From: an uncultured Spirochaetia bacterium
Lineage (GTDB): Bacteria; Oederibacteriota; PGYV01; CAYTNY01
Direction: 5' to 3'
DNA: 54,025 nt
Assembly (NCBI GenBank): GCA_964439215.1
Contig: CAYTNY010000003.1
Coordinates: forward strand, 1-54,025
Positions 42,732 through 53,060 of this stretch are shown here, piece after piece. The position numbers and the translations under genes were made by a program. A model generated the notes under the pieces. It saw nothing but the letters and a program-made list of their open reading frames with translations. It made no database searches and was not told the DNA's origin. Position 1 is the first letter of the stretch. Every line of letters starts with the position of its first letter.

Positions 42732-43616
42732 ATGTCTAAGACGGCTTTGAAACAAAAAGCAATTTATGACGGAGAAAATAAAGAATATGTACCTGTATAT
42801 GCCAACAGGAAAGAGTGGAAGACAGCTGTTCAATCATATATTGCGCGCGCTGAAAATAAAATGCTGGGTACTTCTTTAAAAGCTGTTCGTAATATTAAAG
42901 AAATAGAAAAACTTTCCCTGAAAAAAGGGGAAAAAGTTCTTGATGCGGGATGCGGGGGCGGCATACTTATAAACCAGCTGCGCGCTGCTTACGCTATAAA
43001 AGGATACGGAGTTGATATTTCTTCTTTGGCTGTAAGGAGGGCAAAAGAAAGCGGCTATAAAGACATAATATACCGGAACGCAGAGCTTGAACAACTTCCG
43101 TTTAGATCCGGTGTTTTTGATGTTATAGTTTCTTTTGACGTGCTGGAGCATATTGAAAATAAGGAAAAGGTTTTAAAGGAATTTTTCAGGGTTTTAAAGC
43201 CCGGCGGCAGGATGCTTTTGTATGTGATATCAAAAAGAGACCTTTTTACCTGGCACTGGTTTTTAAGAATAATTACATTCAAAAGAGCGGGAAATGACAC
43301 CGAAGGCGGACATTTCAGGGAGCTTTTTGCGGATCCGCGGGAAATAAAAAAAATAATCAGCAGAAATCACGCCGCAGAATGCAGAATATCCTATTTTCAT
43401 TCTTTTTTTACGTTGCTAATAGATGAAGTCTTGTTTAAAATAGTGAATAAAAGGAAAAAAGGCACGAACCGCCGCGCGGCGGCCCGCGTTCCGGATTCAA
43501 AAAAAAGTTTTATTTATAAAATTCTTTATTTTATGCATCCTGTTTTTGAATTGGCGGATTTTCCCTGGAAAGCAGCGGGGCTGAGCAATGGTTTTTTTAT
43601 AAAGATAAAAAAATAA
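42732..43616 (+). CDS. Class I SAM-dependent methyltransferase
   Basis: VLDAGCGGG, LPF...FD, VLEH, RVLKPGG. Confidence 0.9.
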   Translation: MSKTALKQKAIYDGENKEYVPVYANRKEWKTAVQSYIARAENKMLGTSLKAVRNIKEIEKLSLKKGEKVLDAGCGGGILINQLRAAYAIKGYGVDISSLAVRRAKESGYKDIIYRNAELEQLPFRSGVFDVIVSFDVLEHIENKEKVLKEFFRVLKPGGRMLLYVISKRDLFTWHWFLRIITFKRAGNDTEGGHFRELFADPREIKKIISRNHAAECRISYFHSFFTLLIDEVLFKIVNKRKKGTNRRAAARVPDSKKSFIYKILYFMHPVFELADFPWKAAGLSNGFFIKIKK

Positions 43617-43635
43617 GATATCCGAAAGGAAGCAA

Positions 43636-44400
43636 ATGGAACAGGAAAATAAAAGACAGCAGTGGGAGCAAACGCAGCTGCAGTGGTCAGACAGGGATTT
43701 TCTGGAAAACAAAGCAAATGCACTTATGAAAAAAAGATGGAAAAGGCTTGAATTAACAGCTGCTTCCATGATAGAAAAAGAAGATGTAAAAAACAATGAA
43801 CTTGTGAAAGTTCTTGATATAGGCGCCGGAAGAGGCGAGTTTTACAGATGCATAAAGGATATTGTACGGCAGTATACCGGTGTTGAGCCTTCCGCGGAAA
43901 TGCTTGAAAATGAAATATTTGAAGATGATTTTATAATGCTTAAGGGCAGCGGCGAAACCATGGAATTCAGGGAAGAATTCAATATATGTATTATAAAAGA
44001 AGTTCTTGATCATTGCTATGATCCTGTAAAAGTTATTGAGAACAGCCGGCAGGCGCTGAAACCCGGCGGGCTTATTATAATAAGCCTGACAAACAGCAGT
44101 GCTTATTATAAATTACTATTTAAAAAAAAGGCGAAACAGCTTGAAAAAGAACACAGGGATCATCTTTTTAATTTTAATCCCGAAGAAATAAAAAAAATTT
44201 TATCGGATGCGGGATTTGAAGAAATAATGATAAAATCTGTTAATTATCTCAGAATGCCTTATTTTGCGGAGGAAATTACAGGCAAGTTCCCCGAAAAAAC
44301 GGTATTTGCGCTGCTTGATATTACAGATGCGGCGGGCAGAATGTTCATGAACGGAAAAGGCGGCAGTTTTATTGTGTCGGGCAGAAAACCGGAAAAATAA
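43636..44400 (+). CDS. Class I SAM-dependent methyltransferase
   Basis: VLDIGAGRG, VLDH, LKPGG, HLFNF. Confidence 0.9.
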   Translation: MEQENKRQQWEQTQLQWSDRDFLENKANALMKKRWKRLELTAASMIEKEDVKNNELVKVLDIGAGRGEFYRCIKDIVRQYTGVEPSAEMLENEIFEDDFIMLKGSGETMEFREEFNICIIKEVLDHCYDPVKVIENSRQALKPGGLIIISLTNSSAYYKLLFKKKAKQLEKEHRDHLFNFNPEEIKKILSDAGFEEIMIKSVNYLRMPYFAEEITGKFPEKTVFALLDITDAAGRMFMNGKGGSFIVSGRKPEK

Positions 44401-44425
44401 AAACTGAAAAAACGGAGCAACGAAA

Positions 44426-45574
44426 ATGATTATAGGAATAGACGGAAGAATAATATACAAGCGCGGTGTGGGGAGATATATAGCAAATCTTATAAAACGT
44501 CTTTTGGAAACTGACAAAAAAAACCGCTATATAATTTATCTTGATAAAAATTCCTCGCTGAATGAAATTATAAGGGCTAAAAACGTAAAGTTCAGAAGAC
44601 TTTTTACCTCAAATGCTTTTTATTATGAGCAGTTTCTTCTTCCTTTGGCCGCCGCAGGGGATAAGGTTGATGTTCTTCATGGAACAGACAATACACTGCC
44701 GTGTCTGTTTCCGATGAAATGCAGAAAGGCTGTTACAATACATGATGCAATGCATATACGCCCGCTAAAAAAAGTTATTGCAAAACCCACCATAAAACAA
44801 AGAATGACGGATATATACAATAAAATATTTATTCCTATGTCAGCAAGAAAAGCGGATGCTGTGATAACGGTCTCGGATTATTCAAAAAGCGATATTGTTA
44901 AATATATAGGGGTTAATGAGGATAAAGTGTTCAGCATAAAGGAAGGCATTGATCCTAAATATAAAATTGTATCGTCGGAAAAAAAGATAAACCGGGTAAA
45001 AGAAAAATACGGAATAACAAAAAAGTATATTTTTATGAGCGCCGCATCTGACACCAGAAAAAACACAATAAGGTCGCTGGAAGCTTTTAATATATTCAAC
45101 AATCTTACGGAATATTCCTATCAGCTTGTAATTACATCAATCGGCGGCAAAGAAATGGCCACAACAAATGTCATGAAAAAGATCAGGGAACTTAACCTGG
45201 AAAAATATATTGTCATAACTGGATATGTATCCGATGACGACATGATCCTGCTTTATAACGGTGCGTTTATGTTTCTTTTTCCGTCTATCTGGGAAGGTTT
45301 CGGGCTCCAGATACTGGAAGCATTTGCATGCGGGACCCCTGTTGTAACATCCGATAATACATCGCTAAAAGAAATCGCAGGCAGCGCCGCGGAATTCATA
45401 GATCCTTTTTCGGTTGAAGATATAGTTGGAGGTATGATGGCAATACATAAGAGTGCGGCTAAGAGAAAGTCGCTTGTAAAAAAAGGAGCTGAAAGGGTAT
45501 CCGGATTTTCCTGGAAAACAACGGCTCAACAGACTCTCCGGGTATATGAGGAGATCACAGGCAGGGAAAAATGA
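44426..45574 (+). CDS. GT4 glycosyltransferase (MtfB/WbaZ-like)
   Basis: IGIDGR, GVGRY, TIHD, RKN, EGFGLQILEAFACG. Confidence 0.92.
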   Translation: MIIGIDGRIIYKRGVGRYIANLIKRLLETDKKNRYIIYLDKNSSLNEIIRAKNVKFRRLFTSNAFYYEQFLLPLAAAGDKVDVLHGTDNTLPCLFPMKCRKAVTIHDAMHIRPLKKVIAKPTIKQRMTDIYNKIFIPMSARKADAVITVSDYSKSDIVKYIGVNEDKVFSIKEGIDPKYKIVSSEKKINRVKEKYGITKKYIFMSAASDTRKNTIRSLEAFNIFNNLTEYSYQLVITSIGGKEMATTNVMKKIRELNLEKYIVITGYVSDDDMILLYNGAFMFLFPSIWEGFGLQILEAFACGTPVVTSDNTSLKEIAGSAAEFIDPFSVEDIVGGMMAIHKSAAKRKSLVKKGAERVSGFSWKTTAQQTLRVYEEITGREK

Positions 45575-47181
45575 AACCTTATTCTTCGGGGAAAAAACCG
45601 CCGGTTTATTATATATTTTTATTTTTTCTGGGCGGTATAATTTTAAGAGGGGCGGGTCTGGCGTCCCAAAGTGTATGGATAGATGAATTCTGCACCGCTA
45701 AATTTGCGGGAAGGGATTCTGTTTTTTTTGTTTTCTGGGAAATCTACGCAAGGGATATGCATCCTCCAACATGGTATCTACTTAATCATTTTATGGGCAA
45801 ATTGTTTGGTTTTTCCGAACTTACAATAAGAATTCTTCCTTTTATATTCAGTATTGTCTGTATGGCGGTTTTTTACAGGCTGACAAGGGTATTTTTTTCC
45901 GAAAAAATAAGTCTTGCGGCGTTCTTTCTTTTTGCATTTAATCCTTATCAGATATATTATGCCCAGGAAGCAAGAATGTACACAATGTTCTTAATGACAT
46001 CTTTATTTATAATGTATTATTTTCTGATGTCATTGAAATATAATACGTTTCTAAAAGGTGCGTTTACTTTCTGGGCGGTTGCAGGTATTTATACGCACAG
46101 TTATACGGTTTTTATAATACTTATACTTAATGGGGTCCTGTTTTTGAAATACAGGGAAGAAATAAGAATAAAAGAATGGATGAAGTCTATGGCGGTAATT
46201 CTGCTGTCTGCCCTGCCTCTGTTTCCTTTGTTTTTAAAAGGCGCCGCGGGGGATCAATATTCTCACAACGTAGGCATGCTGTTTGCTCCGGTTTATACAC
46301 TGAAAAATTTTATTTTTGGAATAACAATGCCTTTTAACTGGATAAGTTTGACCGCTTTAATCGGGGTTCTTTATTTTATTATGCTTGGTATATTTACATA
46401 CGGAAAAAATATCCGAAAAGCAGTAAATGTAACCGCCATAACAGCAGGCGTATTTATGTTTTTTCCCTGGATTATATCCATTTTAAATAAACCGGTTTAT
46501 TCTGACAGGACTTTTATACTTGTATCTGCAATAGTTATTCTTCTTTTAGGGGCCGGTATATCGTATCTGTCAAAGCCCGCGGCAGCCGGGGTGCTTTTGA
46601 TAATAAGCTGTTTTTATGCGGTATCGCTTTATAATTATTATTTTAATCCGGAGTATCAAAAAACAGATTATGCCGTTCAGTTTGAATTTATAAAAGATAA
46701 TTTTAAGGAAGGGGATATTATAGTGCATTCCCACGTAAATTCATATGCCGCGTATGAATTTTACAACAGTTTAAAATATAAAACAGAATTTGAAAACAGG
46801 CTGCTGAATGAAATACCGGAATTCCGCGGAAGCGGCATGAGAATGAAGATAAGGGAAATCTGGAGAACTTTCAGGGAAAAAATATTAAAAGAAAAACTGA
46901 ATCTGGATATCTATGCAGGTTATGACAGAAATGCACTTCCCGGGGCAGAGGCGGAAAAAATAATGAAAAACTATGACCGTGTGTGGTTTGTGCGGGATAA
47001 TAAAAAAGGTATAAAACAGGTATGGCTGCCGCTTGGAAATGTCTGGAACTCTTCATATGAAGAAATAGGGCTGCCCGAACCTGTTGATATAAAAACAATA
47101 AAGTGGGTTAAAAAATATTTTAAAACCGCCGAAGAATACGGATATTTAGGAAATAAAGTATATCTGCTGGAAAGAAAATGA
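45571..47181 (+). CDS. GT-C (PMT/ArnT-like) membrane glycosyltransferase
   Basis: SVWIDE, HPPTWY, YAQEARMY; multiple TMs. Confidence 0.85.
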   Translation: MKPYSSGKKPPVYYIFLFFLGGIILRGAGLASQSVWIDEFCTAKFAGRDSVFFVFWEIYARDMHPPTWYLLNHFMGKLFGFSELTIRILPFIFSIVCMAVFYRLTRVFFSEKISLAAFFLFAFNPYQIYYAQEARMYTMFLMTSLFIMYYFLMSLKYNTFLKGAFTFWAVAGIYTHSYTVFIILILNGVLFLKYREEIRIKEWMKSMAVILLSALPLFPLFLKGAAGDQYSHNVGMLFAPVYTLKNFIFGITMPFNWISLTALIGVLYFIMLGIFTYGKNIRKAVNVTAITAGVFMFFPWIISILNKPVYSDRTFILVSAIVILLLGAGISYLSKPAAAGVLLIISCFYAVSLYNYYFNPEYQKTDYAVQFEFIKDNFKEGDIIVHSHVNSYAAYEFYNSLKYKTEFENRLLNEIPEFRGSGMRMKIREIWRTFREKILKEKLNLDIYAGYDRNALPGAEAEKIMKNYDRVWFVRDNKKGIKQVWLPLGNVWNSSYEEIGLPEPVDIKTIKWVKKYFKTAEEYGYLGNKVYLLERK

Positions 47182-48869
47182 AGCATATATGTTTCATTTC
47201 AGGATACTGCATATATTTTTTAACTTTTTTGTTTTCCGGTGAAAAATTGATCTATCCGCTGTATACAGCGCCGTTTGTAATATACGCGGTTTTAGCCGGT
47301 TTTTCACTGATGCATTCAAGGATAATGCGCTCGGATTTTTTAAAATCAATGCGCTTTTTTGAACCGGCGCTGTATATTTTTATTCTTCTTATAGGAACGC
47401 CGTTTTTTTTAAATGCAAGTCTGCCGGAGCCCCATAATTTTGCATTGAGAAAACTGGAATTATTTCTGGGAATGATATATGCTTGTTTTATTGCTGTTTT
47501 AATAATACGAACAGTAAGAAGTTTTTTAAAGGAAAAAATTTTTGAAACCGAAGACCTGAGCCGCGTTTTTAAGATGATCGTTGTTTTTTTTGCGGCAGTA
47601 TATATATCCATGTCAATGTGGTTTAATTACGCAAATCAGCCGACGGGTGATGAGCCGATATATCTTATGGTCTCGCACAGTATTTTATATGATTTTGATC
47701 TTGATCTTAAAAACAATTATGAACATAAAGATTATTCCCGTTTTTATAAGAAAGAACTTGAATCTCATGAACTGTCAATAAACGGCAGGATTATATCTTA
47801 TCACCCTGTCTGGTTCTCTGTTATTATAGCGCCGTTTTATCTGATATTGTTAAGATTGGGGGTTACATTATTTATTAATATTGCCGCGGCTTTTTTGTGC
47901 GGGTTTATATTTCTTTTTCTTGAAAAAAGCGGAATAAAAAGAAAAAACAGTATAGTTACAGCGGGAATAACCGGTTTATCAATGCCTGTTTTCATGTATT
48001 TTAATCAGATTACAACAGAAGTAATAAGCGCAGTGCTTATTACCGGTGCATTGACGCAGATCATATATTATAAAAAAAGATGGCTCCCGGGCGGATTTGC
48101 TTGTTTTATGGTTTTTTTAATGCATCTGAGAAATATCCCCGTTATTGCAGCCATAATTATAATTGCCTTTATAGAATACAGAAAAGAAATAATTACTTTT
48201 GTGAAATACGCTGCGCTGCAGGCCGGCGGTGCGGTGATACTTTTTCTCGGAAATTATTTTATTTATGGTGTTTTGGTTCCCAGGCAGTCAAAAGAGGAAA
48301 TACCTGTGGACCGGGCGTTTACTTTTAATTCAGACGGTTTTTTGGGGCTTTTTCTGGATCAGGAATTTGGAATTTTATTTTACACCCCGGTTTTTTCAGT
48401 GATCTTTGCAGGATTATTTTTTATGCATAGCCGTGATAAAAAACTTTTTTATTATATGCTTTTGATATTTTTGCCTGTATATATTATGTCCGCCATGTGG
48501 TTTGAATGGCGGGGCGGCGGCGGGTCATCACCGCGTTTTTTTGTGCCGGTGATACTGTTTTTTTCGGTATCTGCGGCGTTTGCTGTTGATAAATTAAAAT
48601 CCATAAGGGCAAGGAATGTCTTTTACACACTTGCGGGGGCAGGCCTGGCAGTCTCGTTTGTAATATCACTTGTGCCGTGGTTCAGATGGAATAAAGGGAA
48701 GGGGGAAAACTGGATACTCGGGTTTATATCAAAATTTATAAATGTTGATATAACAGTTTTATTTCCGGCATTATGGGGCGGGGGATCTTCTGCAGCTGTT
48801 ATAATATGGATATTTATGCTGATTTTTGTAAATATATATATGATCTCGGCGGACAGGCACCGGATTTAA
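47178..48869 (+). CDS. Polytopic membrane protein, putative GT-C glycosyltransferase
   Basis: PTGDEPIYL..S...D.D.DL.NN, paralogous to 8134-9972; GG..PRF motif. Confidence 0.65.
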   Translation: MKHICFISGYCIYFLTFLFSGEKLIYPLYTAPFVIYAVLAGFSLMHSRIMRSDFLKSMRFFEPALYIFILLIGTPFFLNASLPEPHNFALRKLELFLGMIYACFIAVLIIRTVRSFLKEKIFETEDLSRVFKMIVVFFAAVYISMSMWFNYANQPTGDEPIYLMVSHSILYDFDLDLKNNYEHKDYSRFYKKELESHELSINGRIISYHPVWFSVIIAPFYLILLRLGVTLFINIAAAFLCGFIFLFLEKSGIKRKNSIVTAGITGLSMPVFMYFNQITTEVISAVLITGALTQIIYYKKRWLPGGFACFMVFLMHLRNIPVIAAIIIIAFIEYRKEIITFVKYAALQAGGAVILFLGNYFIYGVLVPRQSKEEIPVDRAFTFNSDGFLGLFLDQEFGILFYTPVFSVIFAGLFFMHSRDKKLFYYMLLIFLPVYIMSAMWFEWRGGGGSSPRFFVPVILFFSVSAAFAVDKLKSIRARNVFYTLAGAGLAVSFVISLVPWFRWNKGKGENWILGFISKFINVDITVLFPALWGGGSSAAVIIWIFMLIFVNIYMISADRHRI

Positions 48870-48895
48870 AAATTCCGAAAAGGGCATATGAAATA

Positions 48896-48948
48896 TTGAC
48901 AATAAAAGAAAAGGTTAGTATAATTAAAATAAGTTAGAAGAGTATAAC
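48896..48948 (+). promoter_or_regulatory. Consensus sigma70 promoter plus DtxR/MntR-like operator
   Basis: TTGACA-17-TATAAT (48896-48924); GTTAG-N6-ATAAC near-palindrome at 48933-48948. Confidence 0.7.
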
Positions 48949-48963
48949 AAAGGCGGTATAATT

Positions 48964-49431
48964 ATGAACGGGAAAAATTTAACACCCGCAATGGAAGATT
49001 ATATAGAAACAATATATCTGCTTGAACAAAAGAATAAAGTTGCAAGGGTATCTGAAATCGGCAGGTCAATGAAAGTAAGAAAAGCGAGTGTTGTTTCCGC
49101 GGTTTCAAATCTCCGGAAGCAGGATCTTATAAACCATGAAAAATATGGTTTTATTACTCTGACACAGGCCGGCAGGGAAACCGCAGAAACAGTTTATAAA
49201 AAACATAAAATAATACTGGAATTTCTTGAAAATATTTTAAAAGTTGAGCCGGAAAAAGCTATTGAAGAGGCGTGTAAAATAGAGCATGTACTCAGCGGCA
49301 ATACAGTAGATAAACTCAGTGTTTTTTTAGAGCAGTTTAAAACAGTGGAAAAAAACGAGACTAAAAATGAAAATACTAAAAACAGGAAAGTGAAAAAAAA
49401 TGCAGCCTCAAAAAAGAAAGTTTCTAAGTGA
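48964..49431 (+). CDS. DtxR/MntR family metal-dependent repressor
   Basis: MEDYIETIY, wHTH, KH..LE.FL, EACKIEH. Confidence 0.93.
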   Translation: MNGKNLTPAMEDYIETIYLLEQKNKVARVSEIGRSMKVRKASVVSAVSNLRKQDLINHEKYGFITLTQAGRETAETVYKKHKIILEFLENILKVEPEKAIEEACKIEHVLSGNTVDKLSVFLEQFKTVEKNETKNENTKNRKVKKNAASKKKVSK

Positions 49432-49639
49432 CATAAAAAAGGGAACCGCCGTAAAAGTGGCCGGAGTACACGGCGGAAGATCCATGGTGCACAGACTGAA
49501 TACAATGGGGATAATACCGGGAACCGATATAAAGATCGTACATGAATCAAAGGGCCCCGTAATAATAGAAGCCAGAGGTTCAAGAATAGCGCTTGGGAGG
49601 GGGATGGTATCAAAAATAGAGGTTGAAACAGGGGATTAA
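49400..49639 (+). CDS. feoA: FeoA family protein
   Basis: RLNTMGIIPG..GPVII..SRIALGRG. Confidence 0.88.
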   Translation: MQPQKRKFLSDIKKGTAVKVAGVHGGRSMVHRLNTMGIIPGTDIKIVHESKGPVIIEARGSRIALGRGMVSKIEVETGD

Positions 49640-51153
49640 CCGTTTTTGTTTAAATATCCCGCAATCATTCCGAATATAATTCCGTACTGCGCTCCTCTGG
49701 CAAAAACCGTAAACACATCAAAAAATCCCTGTATAAAAAAGACTCCAAGGCACAGCATAAAAAGGATGCAGATGCTTTTATTTTCCGGAGCGGGGGAACT
49801 CCGCATTTTTTGTATAAGCAGAAAAAACAGGTATAAAAACAGTATAAGTGCAGCCAGATAAACGTGCAGTCCGTATTCAACCGCAATCTGCAGATGCAGA
49901 TTATGCAGGTGATGAAAAGCAGCGCGGTCAATAGAACCGGAATCTATATAGGAAGCAAGTTTGCTGTGATAGTTTCCGGGTCCGATTCCGAAAGGATTTT
50001 CTTTTATGATTTTAAGTCCGAGCGTTATAAAACCAACCCTGTTCATTGCGGATTCCGCGGACGAGGTTCCAGGCGTAACAGAATCGTGTACGCGGTATTT
50101 GAAGGCGTCAAAACCCCGGCCTTCGGAAATTATATTTATCAGAAAAAAGCCGAGAACAGCTGAAGAAATAAGAATTATTATAAACGGTTTTTTGTATGCC
50201 GCGAGCGGGGATTTTTTAATAAAAAGAAGAGGAATAAATGCGGCAAGAAAGATGAAAAAAACAACCCACCCGGCTCTTGAAGAAGGCACCGCAAACATAA
50301 CCGCGGGTATAAGCGCGCTTAAAAAAAGAAGAAATCCCGGAGACCTGCTTCCGCGGGAAAAAAGTATGACACCAATAAGCGAAACGGGGAAAATTATATT
50401 CAGATATGCGGGCAGAGCAGTAACGCCCATACCGCCCGAAGGACGGAAAAGAAAGAAGTTTTCAGCCAAGCGGACAAATGTTAAAAGTTCCCTCGTGTAC
50501 AAAAAATGATACAGGGAAACCGAAAGAAAGGGAATTATGCTTAATGTAAAGCCAAGCGAAAGTATTTTCAGGCAGTTTTCTTTTTTGAAAAACAGGGAAA
50601 CCGCCGCAAAAAACACGACCGGCTCGCATATTCTTATAAGACCTTTTAAAACCGCTTTTTTTTCAGGGACGTATAAAAGAGGAAGAAAAGAAAATATTAT
50701 TATCGCCAGAAAAATAGAAATGCCCGTATATGCACTGTTTTTTTCCGCTCCAAAAACAAGCAAGTGTATAAGCATTCCTGCAGCAATAAAAAGAACCGCT
50801 GTTTCCGCGGAATGAACAGTCAGGCCGGAAGCAATGTCATTTGGCAGGTCAAACATAAAAAGAACAATAAATGAAAATATTCCATATAAAGGATTTACGG
50901 CAGAAAGCAGAAAGACAGCGGGAAGTATAATAACAGCTGATTTAAAACCCAAAAATACAACTGCTGCCCAGAATGCAAACGCAGAAACCGTTAAAAATGC
51001 GATGGTATGCCCTGAAGAAAAAGAAGAAATTTTTTGCAGCAGGCTGTATGTTTTGGAATTCTCTGTTTTTTTAAAAACAGAGAGCAGGCGCAGGTTTATA
51101 AAGCCGGAAATCAAAGCATCGGTTTTTCTGAAAAAGTCAAAAATCGCAGTCAT
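49636..51153 (-). CDS. O-antigen ligase/polymerase-like (Wzy_C) membrane protein
   Basis: SSRAGW, R..ALK..NPFGIGPGN-like loop, HLHNLHLQIAVEYG. Confidence 0.85.
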   Translation of the reverse strand: MTAIFDFFRKTDALISGFINLRLLSVFKKTENSKTYSLLQKISSFSSGHTIAFLTVSAFAFWAAVVFLGFKSAVIILPAVFLLSAVNPLYGIFSFIVLFMFDLPNDIASGLTVHSAETAVLFIAAGMLIHLLVFGAEKNSAYTGISIFLAIIIFSFLPLLYVPEKKAVLKGLIRICEPVVFFAAVSLFFKKENCLKILSLGFTLSIIPFLSVSLYHFLYTRELLTFVRLAENFFLFRPSGGMGVTALPAYLNIIFPVSLIGVILFSRGSRSPGFLLFLSALIPAVMFAVPSSRAGWVVFFIFLAAFIPLLFIKKSPLAAYKKPFIIILISSAVLGFFLINIISEGRGFDAFKYRVHDSVTPGTSSAESAMNRVGFITLGLKIIKENPFGIGPGNYHSKLASYIDSGSIDRAAFHHLHNLHLQIAVEYGLHVYLAALILFLYLFFLLIQKMRSSPAPENKSICILFMLCLGVFFIQGFFDVFTVFARGAQYGIIFGMIAGYLNKNG

Positions 51154-51511
51154 CAATTATTGTTCCTTTCATGGAAAAATCGTCCGTTTTTATTATAATT
51201 ATTTTAGGCGGTGCTATTCGGTGTATGAACCGGTATTCGCCTGAAATTGTAAGCTCGCCGCATAAGCCTTTATCAGTATCTTTTAAGCGGTGGAAGACGG
51301 CAGTTCCGTATTTAAAAGGGTAAGGTACTGATAATTCTGCTTTTGGGGAGAGATTATTGTGATTATCCCGGAAAATAACCGAAATTCTTTTTTCTGAGGT
51401 TTTAAAATAGTATTTGTTTAATTTAAAATAATAAAAAAAAGAAAAAATAACACAAAAACATAAAAGGGCCGCTGTCATGATATCTGTCAAAAAACTTCTG
51501 GATTTTAACAA
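51137..51511 (-). CDS. Hypothetical single-TM protein
   Basis: AGGAG RBS; N-terminal TM; overlaps the start of the downstream ligase-like gene. Confidence 0.55.
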   Translation of the reverse strand: MLKSRSFLTDIMTAALLCFCVIFSFFYYFKLNKYYFKTSEKRISVIFRDNHNNLSPKAELSVPYPFKYGTAVFHRLKDTDKGLCGELTISGEYRFIHRIAPPKIIIIKTDDFSMKGTIIDDCDF

Positions 51512-51593
51512 AAAAAGACTCCTTTTTTTGAAAAAGTTAAGATATAATACCGATAATAAAAATAATTATAAAGGTATTTGAAAAAAAATTCAA

Positions 51594-53060
51594 GTGTCAT
51601 TTAGGAGATTTAAAATCAGTACATCAAAGATACTTTTTAAAAATATATCAGGACAGATGCTTGCGTTGTTTTTGGGAAAAATATTCGGCGCGATTGCCGG
51701 GGTTCTTCTTATACGGTATCTTGGCGCGGAAAAACAGGGGGTCTACTCTTATATTCTATCCATAGTATATATGTTCGGATTTATAACGGATTTCGGTCTT
51801 ACGGCTCTTCTTACCAGGGAAGTAAAAATAAGCGGGGAAAGAGGAGCGAAAATACTTGGGAATTCACTTCTGGTACAGGCGGGGCAGATAGCGGCTTCCA
51901 TTATTTTTATAAACATATACGGTATTTTATTTGAAATGGACGCGGCGGTCAGGTATGATCTTATGCTTGCTTCGGTTGTATTTACGATTATGTATATGGG
52001 GAATCCTTTTTTAGCGGTTTTGGGCAGTTATGAAAAGATGTATTTATCGGGCCTTGTAATGGGAACCGCATCCATACTCAATGCACTGCTTATATTTATT
52101 TCAATTAAACTTGGTTTTGATATTTCAGGAATAATTCTGATGCTGGGCATATCCAATATTTTTTATATAATAATGGCAATGACTGTATGTATGAAATATG
52201 CAATAAAACCGGTTTTTAATATAGAAGGCGCTCTTATTTTAAATATGGTTAAAATGAGCATACCCTTTGCTCTTATAGGGCTTTTTTCCTATGTTTTTAC
52301 AAAAGTCGATATTTTTATGCTCTATAAACTCAAAGGCGCCGAGGATGCGGGTTATTATTCCGCGGTTGTTCGGGTGCTTGATATAATTATAGCTTTTGTG
52401 ATGATGATAATGGGGCCCGTATATCCGCGGCTTGCATACGTAATAAATAAGGAAAGCATTGAAAAAGCTTTAAGAATAATAAATATAACCGTGAAATATA
52501 CGGCTGTTGCGGCTGCGCCGTTTGTCCTTATAATAGCTGTTTTTAATGAAAAGTTTACCGAAATTCTTCTTGGCAGTGATTTTTATGAATCAAAGTATAT
52601 TTTTGCGGTTCTTATCTGGGGGATATTTATAATGGTTTTCAGGGTTATTCCTCAATATGCGCTTAATTCGGCAAAATACACGAAAATACTGACAATTTTA
52701 TTCGGTATAATAATGCTTATAAGCATTGGATTGAATCTGTGGATAATACCGTTATATTCGTATATGGGCGCCGCATTTGTTAACCTGTTCTGCAATATTC
52801 TGATACTGGGCGGAACGCTTTTCTTTACCCGGCAAAAACTGGGAGCCATAAGGTTTGCGGGTTTTACGCTTAAAATAACTGCTGCTCTTGCCTGCGCGGG
52901 TTTGGTTATGTTTCTTATGAAGGATATTATAAATTTTATTCTGCTGAGCCTGGCTGCAGCAGCGGTTTATTCCGGAGTTATATTTATACTGAAGTATTTC
53001 AATGAAGAGGATTTTGGAATTGTAAAAAATCTTTTTTCAAGAAAGAAAAAAGTTAATTAA
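51594..53060 (+). CDS. Wzx-type flippase (MOP family)
   Basis: RYLG...GVYS, DFGL, KVDIFML, AGYYSAV, about 12-14 TMs. Confidence 0.9.
   Translation: MSFRRFKISTSKILFKNISGQMLALFLGKIFGAIAGVLLIRYLGAEKQGVYSYILSIVYMFGFITDFGLTALLTREVKISGERGAKILGNSLLVQAGQIAASIIFINIYGILFEMDAAVRYDLMLASVVFTIMYMGNPFLAVLGSYEKMYLSGLVMGTASILNALLIFISIKLGFDISGIILMLGISNIFYIIMAMTVCMKYAIKPVFNIEGALILNMVKMSIPFALIGLFSYVFTKVDIFMLYKLKGAEDAGYYSAVVRVLDIIIAFVMMIMGPVYPRLAYVINKESIEKALRIINITVKYTAVAAAPFVLIIAVFNEKFTEILLGSDFYESKYIFAVLIWGIFIMVFRVIPQYALNSAKYTKILTILFGIIMLISIGLNLWIIPLYSYMGAAFVNLFCNILILGGTLFFTRQKLGAIRFAGFTLKITAALACAGLVMFLMKDIINFILLSLAAAAVYSGVIFILKYFNEEDFGIVKNLFSRKKKVN

Noticed and set aside
49646-51244. Several plus-strand ORFs antisense to the ligase-like gene, and similar shadow ORFs across the window
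   Set aside because: Antisense to well-supported genes with no motifs; typical shadows
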